Shown: positions 30,344 to 41,277 of the stretch, in pieces
Layout: every line of letters begins with the position of its first letter
How positions within the stretch are numbered: the first letter of the stretch is position 1
The notes under the pieces: model-generated
What the model was told of the DNA's origin: nothing
Seen by the model: only the letters and a program-made list of their open reading frames with translations
The model's database searches: none
Translations under genes and position numbers: made by a program
Source of the DNA: an uncultured delta proteobacterium
Lineage (GTDB): Bacteria; Desulfobacterota; Syntrophia; Syntrophales; UBA2185
Assembly: GCA_963729715.1 (NCBI GenBank)
Contig: CAVSPA010000006.1
Coordinates: 438,528 to 502,527, forward strand
Direction of reading: 5' to 3'
Length of the DNA stretch: 64,000 nt

Positions 30344-31672
30344 TCACCTCCTTAATATAGCGCCGGATTGCCCGTCCCAATCAGGGGGCGGTCTGCGGCC
30401 TTGCTGGTCCTTCCATCTTCCCAGTACCCCTTGCGTATATAGTTCGTCCAGTTGGGTCTGGTTTCTGCCTAGGATCTTGGTCATGATAAAGTCATTATCA
30501 AAACCCACGGGCCTTACGGTCCAGCGGTGTTTGGGAGGTGTCTTGGACATCATTATGGGAATTTCGTGATCGACAAACTTTCCGTACATGGGGTCGTCAA
30601 TCTCCTTGATGAAGCCCCGATCCCTGCGGTGTGGATCTTCGAATTCGTCTTTCGAGCTATGAAGCCGGGTAGCGGCAAAACCGTGTTTCTTTCCCAGGTT
30701 CTCAATCTGGTCGGCTGTCTTGGTTACTGCCCAGCCGGCGATGATCTTGAGTATTGCCATCGCATTTTCATCCTTGAGCCGGGTCGTGTGATCCTTGAAG
30801 CGGGCATCGTCAGCCAGCTCCGGCTTAGCCATGGCCGAGCATAAACCCTTGAACTCATCCGGGGCCGGCGCGGCAAGGGCGGCAAAATTACCATCTTTAC
30901 AAAGGAACGTATCGGCAGGGCAGATGCACTGATCCCTGTTTCCCGATGGTTCCGCCCCCTTGCCTGTCACTTGCTGATAGGGCCAGATCCACCCCATGGT
31001 ACGCATGATATTCTCGGTTTGTGACATTTCTATATACTGTCCCCTGCCGGTCCTTTTCCTGTGATGGAGGGCCGCGAGCACGGCAACTTCACCCATTATG
31101 GCACCGTATACGTCGCAGATCCAGATGCCCTGCTTGAGCGGAGGCCTCTTGGAAAAACTTGACATCCAAGCATAGCCCGAGAGCGCCTGTGCCGCGCCAT
31201 CGTTGGACGGCCGGTCCTCCTCGGCGTAACGGCCCCACTGGCCGAATCCGTTTTTCTCAAGGTAAATAATGCCGGGGTTTACTTTCTTGATATCTTCATA
31301 ACCGATGTTCCAGCGGTTCGTTACCGCGGGCCGGAGGTTGAACTCGACAATATCAGCTTTGGCACAGAGCTCTTTAAAGATATTCTGGGCCGTATCCTTG
31401 TGCAGGTCCAGGGCCATGTAATATTTGGATGGGTTGATGTGCATGAACATCGGGCCCTGTTCCTTGTAAAACCATCCGAAGGGATTCAGGGAACGCGTTA
31501 CATCTCCCACAGGGGGTAATTCGACCTTGATCACTTCGGCTCCCATTTCGGCCAGAAACGACGGGCCTGCTGGGCCGAAGAGTAGTGTGCAGACTTCTAT
31601 TACCCTGATACCTTTCAGGGGCGCTGGTTTTTTTAATTTATTCTTTGCATAGTCTTTGAAGACTCCAGGCAT
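30344..31672 (-). CDS. Family III (CaiB/BaiF) CoA-transferase, catalytic subunit
   Basis: PLKGIRVIE, GAEVIKVE, GFGQWG, catalytic Asp in GIWICDVYG. Confidence 0.88.
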   Translation of the reverse strand: MPGVFKDYAKNKLKKPAPLKGIRVIEVCTLLFGPAGPSFLAEMGAEVIKVELPPVGDVTRSLNPFGWFYKEQGPMFMHINPSKYYMALDLHKDTAQNIFKELCAKADIVEFNLRPAVTNRWNIGYEDIKKVNPGIIYLEKNGFGQWGRYAEEDRPSNDGAAQALSGYAWMSSFSKRPPLKQGIWICDVYGAIMGEVAVLAALHHRKRTGRGQYIEMSQTENIMRTMGWIWPYQQVTGKGAEPSGNRDQCICPADTFLCKDGNFAALAAPAPDEFKGLCSAMAKPELADDARFKDHTTRLKDENAMAILKIIAGWAVTKTADQIENLGKKHGFAATRLHSSKDEFEDPHRRDRGFIKEIDDPMYGKFVDHEIPIMMSKTPPKHRWTVRPVGFDNDFIMTKILGRNQTQLDELYTQGVLGRWKDQQGRRPPPDWDGQSGAILRR

Positions 31673-31783
31673 ACAGTATTCCTCCTTTTAATCCTCAATC
31701 TGTAAGCGTAAGTATGTGCGTGCCATAAGATATGCACAATTGTTCCTCATCTCATGTTAGTCTTATTCTTTCCATCACCCCCT

Positions 31784-32845
31784 TTAACTCCTCTGGCCGC
31801 TCAATTGGCCGCATGCTGCCAGGATATCGCTTCCCTTACTCGCCCGGATGATGGCCGTGTAATGGTGGTCGAGGAGAACCTGCTGAAATGCCCTCATTTC
31901 ATCGAGAGAAGGCGCTCTGAAAATTGAACCGGGAAATTCATTGAAAGCGATCAGGTTAAGCTTGCATCGCATCCCTCTTAGGAGACGCGCCAGTTTTTCC
32001 GCACTATCCGGTGAAGAATTCATGCCGGCAATAAGAATGTATTCGAATGTGAGCATTCTTCGCCCCGGCATGGGATAATTCCTGCATGCATCAAGCAGTG
32101 CTGCTATGGGATATTTTTTGTTGATCGGCATGAGACGGCTTCTTGTGATATCGTCCGGAGCATTCAGAGAAATGGCCAGATTGACGCAGATGTCTTTACC
32201 GAGCTGCTCGATCATGGGCGCAATCCCGCAGGTCGATACGGTGATTTTCCTGTGGGAAAAACCGAATCCGATCTCGGAGGTGATGATCCCGATTGCTTTG
32301 ATGGTATTCTCATAATTGGCCAGCGGCTCCCCCATTCCCATCATGACTATGTTCTTAATATTTTCTCCCTCCGGCATGTCGGACCGGAGCCTTGTTATCT
32401 GTCCCGTTATCTCCGAAGGAAGGAGATTTCTTCTGAATCCCTGCCTGCCGGTCATACAGAACGCACACCCCATCTGACAACCGACCTGGGTGGAGACGCA
32501 GACCGTCCAGTGATTCTTTCCGGGGATGAGGACACTTTCAATAAAAAGACCGTCCTCGAGCTCGAAGACGATCTTTTTCGTGCCGTCTTTTGATACCTGT
32601 GTTTTTACAATCTCCGGCAGGGCGATCCTTGCCGCGTCACTTATTTCATTCCGGAACGCCTTGGAAAGGTCTGTCATGTCCTCAAAGGATCCGGCATTCA
32701 CTTGGTAAAGCCACTTCATGATCTGCCTTGCGCGGTATTTTTCCTTGCCAAATCTCGAGATAAAGATCTCAAGCTCGGACAGGGACATGTCTTTCAGGTT
32801 CGGCTTAACCAAATAATTTCTTTCTGAGAGTTTTGGCGATTGCAT
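31784..32845 (-). CDS. rlmN: 23S rRNA m2A2503 methyltransferase (true start probably downstream of 32845)
   Basis: CVSTQVGCQMGCAFC, MGMGEPL, AACGQL. Confidence 0.96.
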   Translation of the reverse strand: MQSPKLSERNYLVKPNLKDMSLSELEIFISRFGKEKYRARQIMKWLYQVNAGSFEDMTDLSKAFRNEISDAARIALPEIVKTQVSKDGTKKIVFELEDGLFIESVLIPGKNHWTVCVSTQVGCQMGCAFCMTGRQGFRRNLLPSEITGQITRLRSDMPEGENIKNIVMMGMGEPLANYENTIKAIGIITSEIGFGFSHRKITVSTCGIAPMIEQLGKDICVNLAISLNAPDDITRSRLMPINKKYPIAALLDACRNYPMPGRRMLTFEYILIAGMNSSPDSAEKLARLLRGMRCKLNLIAFNEFPGSIFRAPSLDEMRAFQQVLLDHHYTAIIRASKGSDILAACGQLSGQRS

Positions 32846-34073
32846 CGATGAATGCTTCCGTATTTACCTTTCTGTTTTTTGGGCTCGGTCTGGCAACCGA
32901 GAGGAGATCGCCTGTCATGACCCCGGATGCCACAGTGGAAAGAGCGGCATTTTCAAGTTTGTCCGCAAACGAACCTACTTCAGGAGTCGCATCAAGCTCA
33001 GCGCGCTTGCGTAAGCACCCCGACCAGGCAAAAATAATCGCCATGGGGTTTGTGGATGTCTCTTCGCCGCGGAGATATTTATAATAGTGTTTCTGCACTG
33101 TGCCGTGAGCCGCTTCATACTCGATATGCCCATGAGGAGAAACGAGGACGGAGGTCATCATGGCCAAACTGCCGTTCGCCGATGCTATCATATCGGACAT
33201 GACGTCTCCGTCGTAGTTCTTGAGAGCCCACAGCAGGCCGCCCTCGGACTTCATGATGCGGGCCGCAGCGTCATCGATGAGTGTATAGAAATACGAGATA
33301 CCCACCCGAGCGAATTTTTCCTTCCAGTTCTCTATATACTCCTTCTCAAATATATTCCTGAAGCGGCCATCGTATATCTGAGAGATGGTATCCTTGCTGC
33401 TGAACCAGAGATCAATTTTTTGATCAAGGGCATACATGAAGCATACCTTTGCAAAGCTTTCTATCGATTCGTCGGTATTGTACATGCCCTGGATAATCCC
33501 CGGCCCTGCAAATTTCCCAATGGTCCGCCTGACGGGTGAGCCGCCTCCTGCCGGAGTAAAAAGAAGCTCTGCCTTACCGGGTGCGTCAACCCGCATCTCC
33601 GTATTGCTGTAAACATCGCCATGGGCGTGCCTCCCAATAGTGATGGGTTTCTTCCACGCGGATACGGATGGCCGGATATTCTTCACCACGATTGATTTTC
33701 TGAAAACAGTTCCGTCCAGCATTTCCCTGATTGTTGCATTGGGGCTCTTCCAGAGTTTCTTGAGATTGTATTCTTTGGCCCTTTCTTCATTCGCTGTGAT
33801 AGTCGCGCACTTGACGCCCACACCATGCCTGATTACGCCTGTCGCTGCGTCTCGCGTGACACGGTCATCCGTCGCATCCCGATTCTTGATGTGGAGGTCG
33901 TAATATTCGACGTCCATGGAAAGATAGGGAAGAAGGAGCTTGCCCTTAACCAGCTTCCACATGATTCTCGCCATCTCGTCACCGTCCATCTCCACGATTG
34001 TGGATCGGACTCTTATCTTATCCATTGAGGGAAGCGCTTTTCTGACTGACGATTTCATGCTTTTTTCTATCAT
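32805..34073 (-). CDS. icd: NADP-dependent isocitrate dehydrogenase (start may be 34025)
   Basis: EMDGDEM, KCATIT, SPNATIR, GRHAHGD, KNYDGDV, EAAHGTV. Confidence 0.95.
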   Translation of the reverse strand: MIEKSMKSSVRKALPSMDKIRVRSTIVEMDGDEMARIMWKLVKGKLLLPYLSMDVEYYDLHIKNRDATDDRVTRDAATGVIRHGVGVKCATITANEERAKEYNLKKLWKSPNATIREMLDGTVFRKSIVVKNIRPSVSAWKKPITIGRHAHGDVYSNTEMRVDAPGKAELLFTPAGGGSPVRRTIGKFAGPGIIQGMYNTDESIESFAKVCFMYALDQKIDLWFSSKDTISQIYDGRFRNIFEKEYIENWKEKFARVGISYFYTLIDDAAARIMKSEGGLLWALKNYDGDVMSDMIASANGSLAMMTSVLVSPHGHIEYEAAHGTVQKHYYKYLRGEETSTNPMAIIFAWSGCLRKRAELDATPEVGSFADKLENAALSTVASGVMTGDLLSVARPSPKNRKVNTEAFIDAIAKTLRKKLFG

Positions 34074-34201
34074 AAAGTAGGTGGACTGTCTACAGGAGTC
34101 CGCTTGTATTTTGGCTTTTTATATGGAGGGGATATTTTGATTCCCGTGCCTAATGGTGATGCGCCACACCTTCATTTCTGCATACGCCGGCAATCCTGCG
34201 C

Positions 34202-35689
34202 TCAGAAGATATTCTTCTGCCCGGAAAGCCAATCCTTTATTGTTATTGTTGCCGTGCAATCGTCCTCATTGTAATCAATAACAGCCTGGATTTTATCCCG
34301 GTATCCATCCGGATCAGTCTGGTATTTGAGATAGTAGGCTATGGCGTCGAGTGCATTGATATCGCCGTGTCGCCACTTGAAGCGGAGGTAAGCAGCTATA
34401 TCCTTGAGTCCGTTTGTGTAGGTAGGAAAAGCGAAGGCGCGAGTGGCGATCCTGTGGAGGTCAACCATGTGGGATAAGGCTAACGCATCGGCCTCCTCCA
34501 CAAGGTTATGCCTCTGGGAAAGGCGCTTCATGTGCCAGTGTTCGTAATTGTGCCAGTGGTAGATGACGTAATCATTATACTCCTTCAGAAAGGACATAAA
34601 GGCACAAAACATTTTTCGCTCGTCCCCAAGCTTGTGGGCAATGAATGGATGGTACTCATTTCCGCCCCCCGTACGAACAATAACGCCAATGAGATAATCA
34701 ACGGCATCTGTCGCGCCTTCGAGATCCGGCTCATCGGTTCCCTCCATGTCCAGGAATATTTCAGTGGACTTTGCGGGGAAATCGAGGCCCGAGAGGTCGA
34801 CGGGAATTGGTTCATTTTTCATGATGGCCGTGGCATTCAATATCAACTTCTTTGCCGTGGTGTCGCTAATACCATCTATAGCCTGCAGGGCTTCATTGCG
34901 GGCAGCTGAAATGTCCCACACCTTTTTAAATCCCCGTGAAACCAGTTTCTCCTTCATTCTGGGCCCGACCTGTCCCACGAGAGAAACGTCTCTCATTCTG
35001 ATTGCCTCATGGTTGATATATCTTTCCCAGGGCCACTCCGCCGCATTGTAGGTAGCCGTCGGCCTTTCTATGCCGTCGAGAATTGACTGAGTTCCTCTCA
35101 GAGCAATTCGGAGTTCTGTTTCATAGTCGGAGAAGGAATACTGCCGCGTCTTTAAGTCATGGTTAATAATTTTGAAAGTTCCGGGAAGATGTCCCTGGAT
35201 CTTTGCGAGTACACACGTATAAAAGGCCGCCTGCAGGATATGTTCCTTCTTGATTTTTTTTGCCTGTTTGATTTCCGTCACAATATAATGATAATTTCCA
35301 AAAACGGAAGGATGGTCATTTCTCCTCTCAAGGATGTCTGGAATCCCCCGCATATTTTCCGGGAGATAAAAGAGGGGAGGTCCCGAGATGACTTCGGCTC
35401 CGCTCGCCATCTCCTCGAGCAGTCTGCGAAACCCCTCCTCAGGCGTCTCATAATGCAATTGCCTGCATGAGGGGAACGCAGTACCTATGACCCTCAGTTC
35501 GTGTTCACGACCCCTCTCGAGAAGCAGTTCACGGTAGGGGCTCATGGAATCCTTTTCTTCTGCGGAGACGAAAGTCTCGCAATAGATCGTGAAAGGGGAG
35601 GTATGATAGAGGGAAACATTCTGCGCCGTAACTCCGCCCTGCAAAGGGCCGTCAAGACAGCGGCGGTAGATTTCATCAACGCCGGACAT
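34202..35689 (-). CDS. TM0106-family RecB-like nuclease with RNase H-like domain
   Basis: PD..EIK..QAAFY nuclease motif, HhH, FLDMEG, YHWHNYE, YNEDDC. Confidence 0.85.
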   Translation of the reverse strand: MSGVDEIYRRCLDGPLQGGVTAQNVSLYHTSPFTIYCETFVSAEEKDSMSPYRELLLERGREHELRVIGTAFPSCRQLHYETPEEGFRRLLEEMASGAEVISGPPLFYLPENMRGIPDILERRNDHPSVFGNYHYIVTEIKQAKKIKKEHILQAAFYTCVLAKIQGHLPGTFKIINHDLKTRQYSFSDYETELRIALRGTQSILDGIERPTATYNAAEWPWERYINHEAIRMRDVSLVGQVGPRMKEKLVSRGFKKVWDISAARNEALQAIDGISDTTAKKLILNATAIMKNEPIPVDLSGLDFPAKSTEIFLDMEGTDEPDLEGATDAVDYLIGVIVRTGGGNEYHPFIAHKLGDERKMFCAFMSFLKEYNDYVIYHWHNYEHWHMKRLSQRHNLVEEADALALSHMVDLHRIATRAFAFPTYTNGLKDIAAYLRFKWRHGDINALDAIAYYLKYQTDPDGYRDKIQAVIDYNEDDCTATITIKDWLSGQKNIF

Positions 35690-35734
35690 GGCAGTTTCCT
35701 TAACCGCTCATAACTTCACGCCACATGGTTAGAT

Positions 35735-37675
35735 TTATGAGATATGCCTTAGATTCAGTGCACCGCCGGCGAGGAGAATTTTTTTCTGCCGCTCCGACAG
35801 ATTGTAATTAACCTCAAATGATACGCCGTTGGAGACGTTCCTGACGATCATCCTTCCGTTTCCCTCGATCGTCTTTCTAACGTCCGCAATCTCAAGGCTG
35901 TCCCCCTGGCTAATGCGCTCGTAGTCCTTTTCATCCTTAAACGTAACGGGAAGGATTCCGAAGTTTATCAGGTTCGCCGTGTGAATTCTTTCGAAAGATT
36001 TGGCGATGATGGCCTTCACACTCAGGAACATAGGCCCCATGGCGGCGTGTTCTCTTGACGAACCCTGCCCGTATGAAATTCCGGCGATGATGACATTGTG
36101 CTTTCCTCTGCTCTGGATTTCCTTAGCGCGCTTGAAGAAGCGCCGGTCCAGCAGCTCAAAAAAATACTCCGAATATTTGGCTATGTTTGATCGATATTTC
36201 ATCCTGGTGCCGGCAGGGACAATATGATCGGTCGTGATTTTATCCCCGACCTTGATGGTTACTTCACCTTTGATCGCATCGGGAAACGGATCATTCACAG
36301 GTGGAACGCCTATATTAGGCCCCCGGAAAATTTCTATTGCAGAGGAATTCTCAGTCGATTCAGGCGTGATGATCATACTGTCATCGATGTGGAAGCGATC
36401 AGGCATGTTCACCTCCGGATATGCCATGCCGAGGTCACGGGGGTCGGTGAATTTTCCTGTTATTGCCGAGACTGCCGCAGTTTCCGGGCTTACGATATAC
36501 ACATCTGCGTCAATCGTGCCTGACCGGCCGAGGAAGTTTCTATTTGATGTGCGGAGGGACACCCCTCTCGTCTGGGGACTCTGGCTGTTGCCGATGCAGA
36601 ATCCGCATGCGCTTTCCATGAGTCTTGCCCCGGCCATAATGAGGGCGGTAAGATAGCCAGCTGCTGCAAGATTTTCCAGCACCTGTCGCGAGCCGGGTGC
36701 AATGACAAGACTGACCTTCGGGTGGACCACGCGGCCTTTCAAAATCTTGGCGACTGTTACTAGGTCTTTGAAGGATGAGTTTGTGCAGCTTCCGATACAG
36801 ACCTGGTCCACGCGAATTCCTTCCACGTCCCTCACGGGGCTTACGTTGTCGGGGCTGTGTGGTTTTGCTGTGAGTGGAGTGAGATGAGAGATGTCAATAT
36901 CAACGATTCGGTCATATTCTGCATCTGGATCGGCTCTTATTTCCTGCCAGTCATCAAGCCGATCCTGGGCCTTCAAGAAAATCCGCGTCATCTGGTCACT
37001 GGGGAAGACGGAGGTGGTTACGCCGCATTCCGCGCCCATATTGGCTATGGTGGCCCTCTCGGGCACCGAAAGAGTTGCTGTGCCCTCTCCCCCATATTCA
37101 AAGACGAACCCGACATTTCCTTTCGTGGTAAAAATCTCAAGCACCTTCAGGATAATGTCCTTGGCGGATGTCCACGGAGGTAGTTTCCCGGTAAGATTGA
37201 TCTTGATTATCCTAGGACAGGCAAAGAAAAAAGGTTCCCCCGCCATGGTCAAGGCCACATCGAGGCCGCCGGCCCCGATGGCGAGCATGCCGAGCGCTCC
37301 GCCTGTAGGCGTGTGGCTGTCGGAACCGAGGAGCGTTTTCCCCGGTTTTCCAAACCTCTCAAAGTGAACTTGGTGGCAGATACCGTTTCCCGCCCGGGAA
37401 AAGTATATGCCGTACTTCTGCGCTACAGTTTGCAGGTACCTGTGGTCATCGGAATTTTCAAATCCGCTCTGAATGGTGTTATGATCAACATAACTTATGG
37501 ACATTTCTGTTCTGACTCTCGGAACCTGCATCGATTCAAACTCAAGATAGGCCATGGTCCCTGTGGCGTCCTGCGTCAGGGTCTGATCGATTCTAATTCC
37601 GATCTCAGTTCCGTGAACGAATCTACCGGAAACAATATGTGCTTCAATTATTTTTTCGGTGATCGTCTTGCCCAT
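35735..37675 (-). CDS. Aconitate hydratase (short type)
   Basis: TQDATG, GICHQ, GSDSHT, IGSCTN, CGFCIG, NRNF, TTDH, GSSREH; next to icd. Confidence 0.92.
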   Translation of the reverse strand: MGKTITEKIIEAHIVSGRFVHGTEIGIRIDQTLTQDATGTMAYLEFESMQVPRVRTEMSISYVDHNTIQSGFENSDDHRYLQTVAQKYGIYFSRAGNGICHQVHFERFGKPGKTLLGSDSHTPTGGALGMLAIGAGGLDVALTMAGEPFFFACPRIIKINLTGKLPPWTSAKDIILKVLEIFTTKGNVGFVFEYGGEGTATLSVPERATIANMGAECGVTTSVFPSDQMTRIFLKAQDRLDDWQEIRADPDAEYDRIVDIDISHLTPLTAKPHSPDNVSPVRDVEGIRVDQVCIGSCTNSSFKDLVTVAKILKGRVVHPKVSLVIAPGSRQVLENLAAAGYLTALIMAGARLMESACGFCIGNSQSPQTRGVSLRTSNRNFLGRSGTIDADVYIVSPETAAVSAITGKFTDPRDLGMAYPEVNMPDRFHIDDSMIITPESTENSSAIEIFRGPNIGVPPVNDPFPDAIKGEVTIKVGDKITTDHIVPAGTRMKYRSNIAKYSEYFFELLDRRFFKRAKEIQSRGKHNVIIAGISYGQGSSREHAAMGPMFLSVKAIIAKSFERIHTANLINFGILPVTFKDEKDYERISQGDSLEIADVRKTIEGNGRMIVRNVSNGVSFEVNYNLSERQKKILLAGGALNLRHIS

Positions 37676-37693
37676 GAGATTCTTGTTATGCTT

Positions 37694-38488
37694 TCACTCC
37701 TTGGGGAGGAGAATAATGGCAATCCTCCGGTTCTTGGCCCGACCTTCCGGGGTGTCGTTGCCTGCTATGGGCTTATATTCACCAAAAGCAGTAGCTGATA
37801 AAAGGGTCGGATCGATTCCCTGCTGCTGCAAATATTTCGTGACATTGATGGCTCGGGCCGCCGAAAGTTCCCAGTTTGTGGGGTACTGCTTCACGAGAGC
37901 GCCTTTAATCTTTACGTTGTCAGTGTGCCCCTCAATGCGGATCGACTTATCCTTGACATTCTTGAGGATATCGTTGACCCGCTTCAAAACGGCCAGTCCT
38001 TCTTTTGTCACCTCTGACTGTCCGGAGGCAAAGAGGATTTTATCCACCACATCCAATGTCAGTTTTCCTTTAAGTTCTGAAATAGTGATCTGACCCTTGG
38101 CAACCTCTCCCTTCATTTCCTGCATCAGCTGCTTGTAAGTATTGCTCTCAGTCACAACCTCTGCCTCTTTCTTTTTCAGGTCTGCAAGATCCGCATTCAG
38201 TCTTGTATTCTCCGCTTCGAGGTCAGCAGTCTTCTGCCTGAGATCCGCGATTGACTTGGAAAGGTCATCGGCCTTCGATTTCAGGACCTTGTCCAGTTCG
38301 TCTCTCTCGTTGGCTGCCTTGGCAAACGCCTCTTTCAGTTGGTCTCTGTCCGCCTTCATTGCCGCGAGTTGCTGCGCCTGACTATCCGCTTCCGCTGCCT
38401 TCTTGTCGTAGGTGGCTGTCGTTACGCAGCCGCCGATAAGAAAGGAAAACATTATAACAATGATGAATGATAGCGCTTTGTTATGCAT
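37694..38488 (-). CDS. OmpA/MotB-family lipoprotein with coiled coil
   Basis: Lipobox IGGC, EGHTD, NWELSAARA, NRRI. Confidence 0.9.
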   Translation of the reverse strand: MHNKALSFIIVIMFSFLIGGCVTTATYDKKAAEADSQAQQLAAMKADRDQLKEAFAKAANERDELDKVLKSKADDLSKSIADLRQKTADLEAENTRLNADLADLKKKEAEVVTESNTYKQLMQEMKGEVAKGQITISELKGKLTLDVVDKILFASGQSEVTKEGLAVLKRVNDILKNVKDKSIRIEGHTDNVKIKGALVKQYPTNWELSAARAINVTKYLQQQGIDPTLLSATAFGEYKPIAGNDTPEGRAKNRRIAIILLPKE

Positions 38489-38780
38489 GCATGCCTCCTT
38501 CAAAATTCTCACAATTATTTATTCACTCTGTCTTGCCGTGGTACTTGGCTCTTCTGTGCAAACGGCAACTCTCGCTCCGTAATCGCCTAACCGCTCTTTA
38601 TCTTTTTTTTGCCATCTATGCCAAGTGAAGAATATATATGGTATGCGAATAAATCAATAGAAATGTGTCTTCATCAGCATGCAGCATCCCTTGCGGACAC
38701 GTGGGTGAATAAAAAAATGGGACATGCCTATGTCCCATCTTTCCAATCTCGTTGCTGTTCCCCACGCTGCGAAGGGTGGA

Positions 38781-39746
38781 CTATACGCCGCTGTCTAACC
38801 CCTTGATCCTGACGGCTTTGACAAAGCGTTTGTCATAATAAGGTTTGTCGAGGGTATCTATTCTGACTCTTCTCTCCCGGCCGGCTGAGGCGTGGACGAA
38901 TTCGTTATTTCCTATATATATCCCCACATGTCCATAGGCCCGCCTCGTATTGAAGAAGACGAGGTCTCCCTCTTTAAGTTCATCTCTCGATACGCGCTGC
39001 CCCACGCGTGCCTGTTCCTTTGCAGTTCTCGGAAGGCTGACATCAAAAAACTCGTAAAGCTTTTTCACAAATGAAGAACAATCCAAACCTCTGACTGATG
39101 ATCCTCCCCATCGATAGGGAGCTCCCAAAAATCCTTTGGCGACACGGACAAATAATGACCTTTCATGGGGACTGTCCCAGTTGCCGAGCAATTCAGAGCT
39201 TGTATCTGCATCCTTGTCCACTTCCGCCAAGTCATTGTTCATGACAAGGTCGTCATCATCGCCGAGAAATTCATCGTCTTCGGCTGATTCATCAGTTTCA
39301 TCAGTTCTCGCCGTCGCCAGTTCTCTCACAGGGCCGTGCCTGGCAAGGACAAGCTTCTGTCCTATCTTCAGAGATCTCGCATTTACATGATTCAGCCTGC
39401 TGATTTCAGTTACGGGATGGCCTGTTTTCTTTGCGATGGTTTTTAGAGTATCACCCTTTTTCACCACATAGTATTCGGCGCTATTGGAATTTGTCTTCTT
39501 GACTTTTGCTATTTTTTTCCTGCCGTTGTCAGGAATGGTGAGGACTTGTCTGGGTTGGAGGGCGTCGCTTGTCAGACCGTTTGCTTCCATCAAGGCCTGA
39601 GGAGTAACGCCGAACTTTTTTGAAACCTTGGCGAGTGAATCGCCTCGTTTGACTTTATATTCCTTTGCAAAGACCTCCTGGCTGAGGCCAAATGCAGTGA
39701 ACAGGACAATCAGTCCCATCCATAGGAAAATCTGCCGTCTCATCAT
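38781..39746 (-). CDS. 2xLysM + NlpC/P60 peptidoglycan endopeptidase
   Basis: YKVKRGDSL, YVVKKGDTL, PYRWGG, LDCS, GHVGIY. Confidence 0.93.
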   Translation of the reverse strand: MMRRQIFLWMGLIVLFTAFGLSQEVFAKEYKVKRGDSLAKVSKKFGVTPQALMEANGLTSDALQPRQVLTIPDNGRKKIAKVKKTNSNSAEYYVVKKGDTLKTIAKKTGHPVTEISRLNHVNARSLKIGQKLVLARHGPVRELATARTDETDESAEDDEFLGDDDDLVMNNDLAEVDKDADTSSELLGNWDSPHERSLFVRVAKGFLGAPYRWGGSSVRGLDCSSFVKKLYEFFDVSLPRTAKEQARVGQRVSRDELKEGDLVFFNTRRAYGHVGIYIGNNEFVHASAGRERRVRIDTLDKPYYDKRFVKAVRIKGLDSGV

Positions 39747-40137
39747 GAAGTACCTCCTCTTTTTCATTCGGGGGATCCCCATTTTGTTAACGGTGCACAG
39801 ATTTTGGCAATGGATAGCAAGCTGCACACAAAAAAGCTAACGGTCCCTTTTACAGAAGAAGTCATTATAAGTCAAAGAAAATTTTCATATAAATGCAGAA
39901 TTTTCAATAAAATTAAATAAAATCAGGTTATTTGGCTTCAGCAAAATAGCGGTTTCAGGTGCTCATGGGGGTCATAATTGCTCCCAAAATGCTTCCCGGG
40001 GGGTCGGTTGCTACCCCTTGCTTTCAGATGACGATTTGGTATATGAAGCATTCACGATGGCGTGATGTCAGAGAGAGCATTGATTCCTCCCTGTCCCCTG
40101 CAGCAAAACAAGGCATGAAGGAATTCCATGAGTTGAG

Positions 40138-40977
40138 ATGAAATTTTTTTTTAGACTTGCTATCCTTCTTCTTGTAGCCGCCCTGGTCGCCAGTATCGGC
40201 TTGTACTTTATTTACCCGGACGTTTCCAAACTGAGAAAGGTTCCTCCGAAGAAGACGGCCTTCATGGAGTACCGGGAAAAGGAGTGGCAGAACCAGAGTA
40301 AAAAGAAAAAGATTATTCAGCAATGGGTGCCTCTGTCGCAAATTCCTCCATACGTTATAAAGGCAGTCATTATTGCCGAAGACGATAAATTTTGGAGTCA
40401 TGAGGGGTTCGATTATGAGGCCATGCAGAAGGCCATTGAAAAAGATATTAAGAAGAGAAAGTTCGCCTTGGGCGGGAGTACGATAAGCCAGCAACTCGCA
40501 AAGAACCTGTATCTGACACCGTCCAAAAATCCGATTCGTAAGATCAAGGAAGCCATCCTCACCTGGCGGCTGGAGAGAAATCTCTCCAAGAGGAGGATCA
40601 TAGAGCTCTACGTGAATTGCGTTGAATGGGGCGACGCTGTGTTTGGCATCGGGGCTGCCGCGCGCCACTACTTCAACAAGGACGTGTCGGAGCTTACCGC
40701 CCAGGAGGCGGCGCGGCTCGCGGCCGTCCTCCCGAATCCCATAAGGTTCAATCCCACCGGCACATCGAAGTACGTAGAGAGCCGCGCCGATAGGATATAC
40801 GAGATCATGGTACGGCGTGGCGTCGTAATACCCGAATACGAAGAGATGATAAGTGAGCCACAAAAAATTGAAGGGGAAGAACTTAATAGCTCCCGGGAAC
40901 CTTCACAGCCATCTGCCAGTGATAATGCTGCGAAGACAGGCAAGCCCGATAACATTTCTCCGCAGGAGAAAAAGTAA
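40138..40977 (+). CDS. mtgA: Monofunctional peptidoglycan transglycosylase
   Basis: AEDDKF, GGSTISQQLAKNL, RKIKE, AVLPNP. Confidence 0.93.
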   Translation: MKFFFRLAILLLVAALVASIGLYFIYPDVSKLRKVPPKKTAFMEYREKEWQNQSKKKKIIQQWVPLSQIPPYVIKAVIIAEDDKFWSHEGFDYEAMQKAIEKDIKKRKFALGGSTISQQLAKNLYLTPSKNPIRKIKEAILTWRLERNLSKRRIIELYVNCVEWGDAVFGIGAAARHYFNKDVSELTAQEAARLAAVLPNPIRFNPTGTSKYVESRADRIYEIMVRRGVVIPEYEEMISEPQKIEGEELNSSREPSQPSASDNAAKTGKPDNISPQEKK

Positions 40978-41277
40978 CCTGCGAAAGGACAGTGAAAACC
41001 AGTGTACTGATCTGGAAAAGATTCTCTAAGAGTTGCAATTCTCTTTCATCAAATCGGGCGGATGAGAGGTGCCCACTGTATACCGGCTCCCCATTAAAGA
41101 TGAAAATGGGCACTGGAAGGAAATGCTTGTCTTGCAGTGAAGTTGATTATTGCTTCCACCTCCTACTTATCATTTGTGTTAATCATGAAGAGTAACCGAC
41201 ATTTTTTGAGGGTGGGCAAAGCTATTGTGGATGTCGCAGCAGTCCAGACAATGGCATCAATGCGACTTGAAAGAAGG

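Noticed and set aside
40024..40863. 279-aa minus-strand ORF (and similar long antisense ORFs over lnt, mutS, IS110 and the kinase fusion)
   Set aside because: Shadow frames of well-supported genes with no motifs
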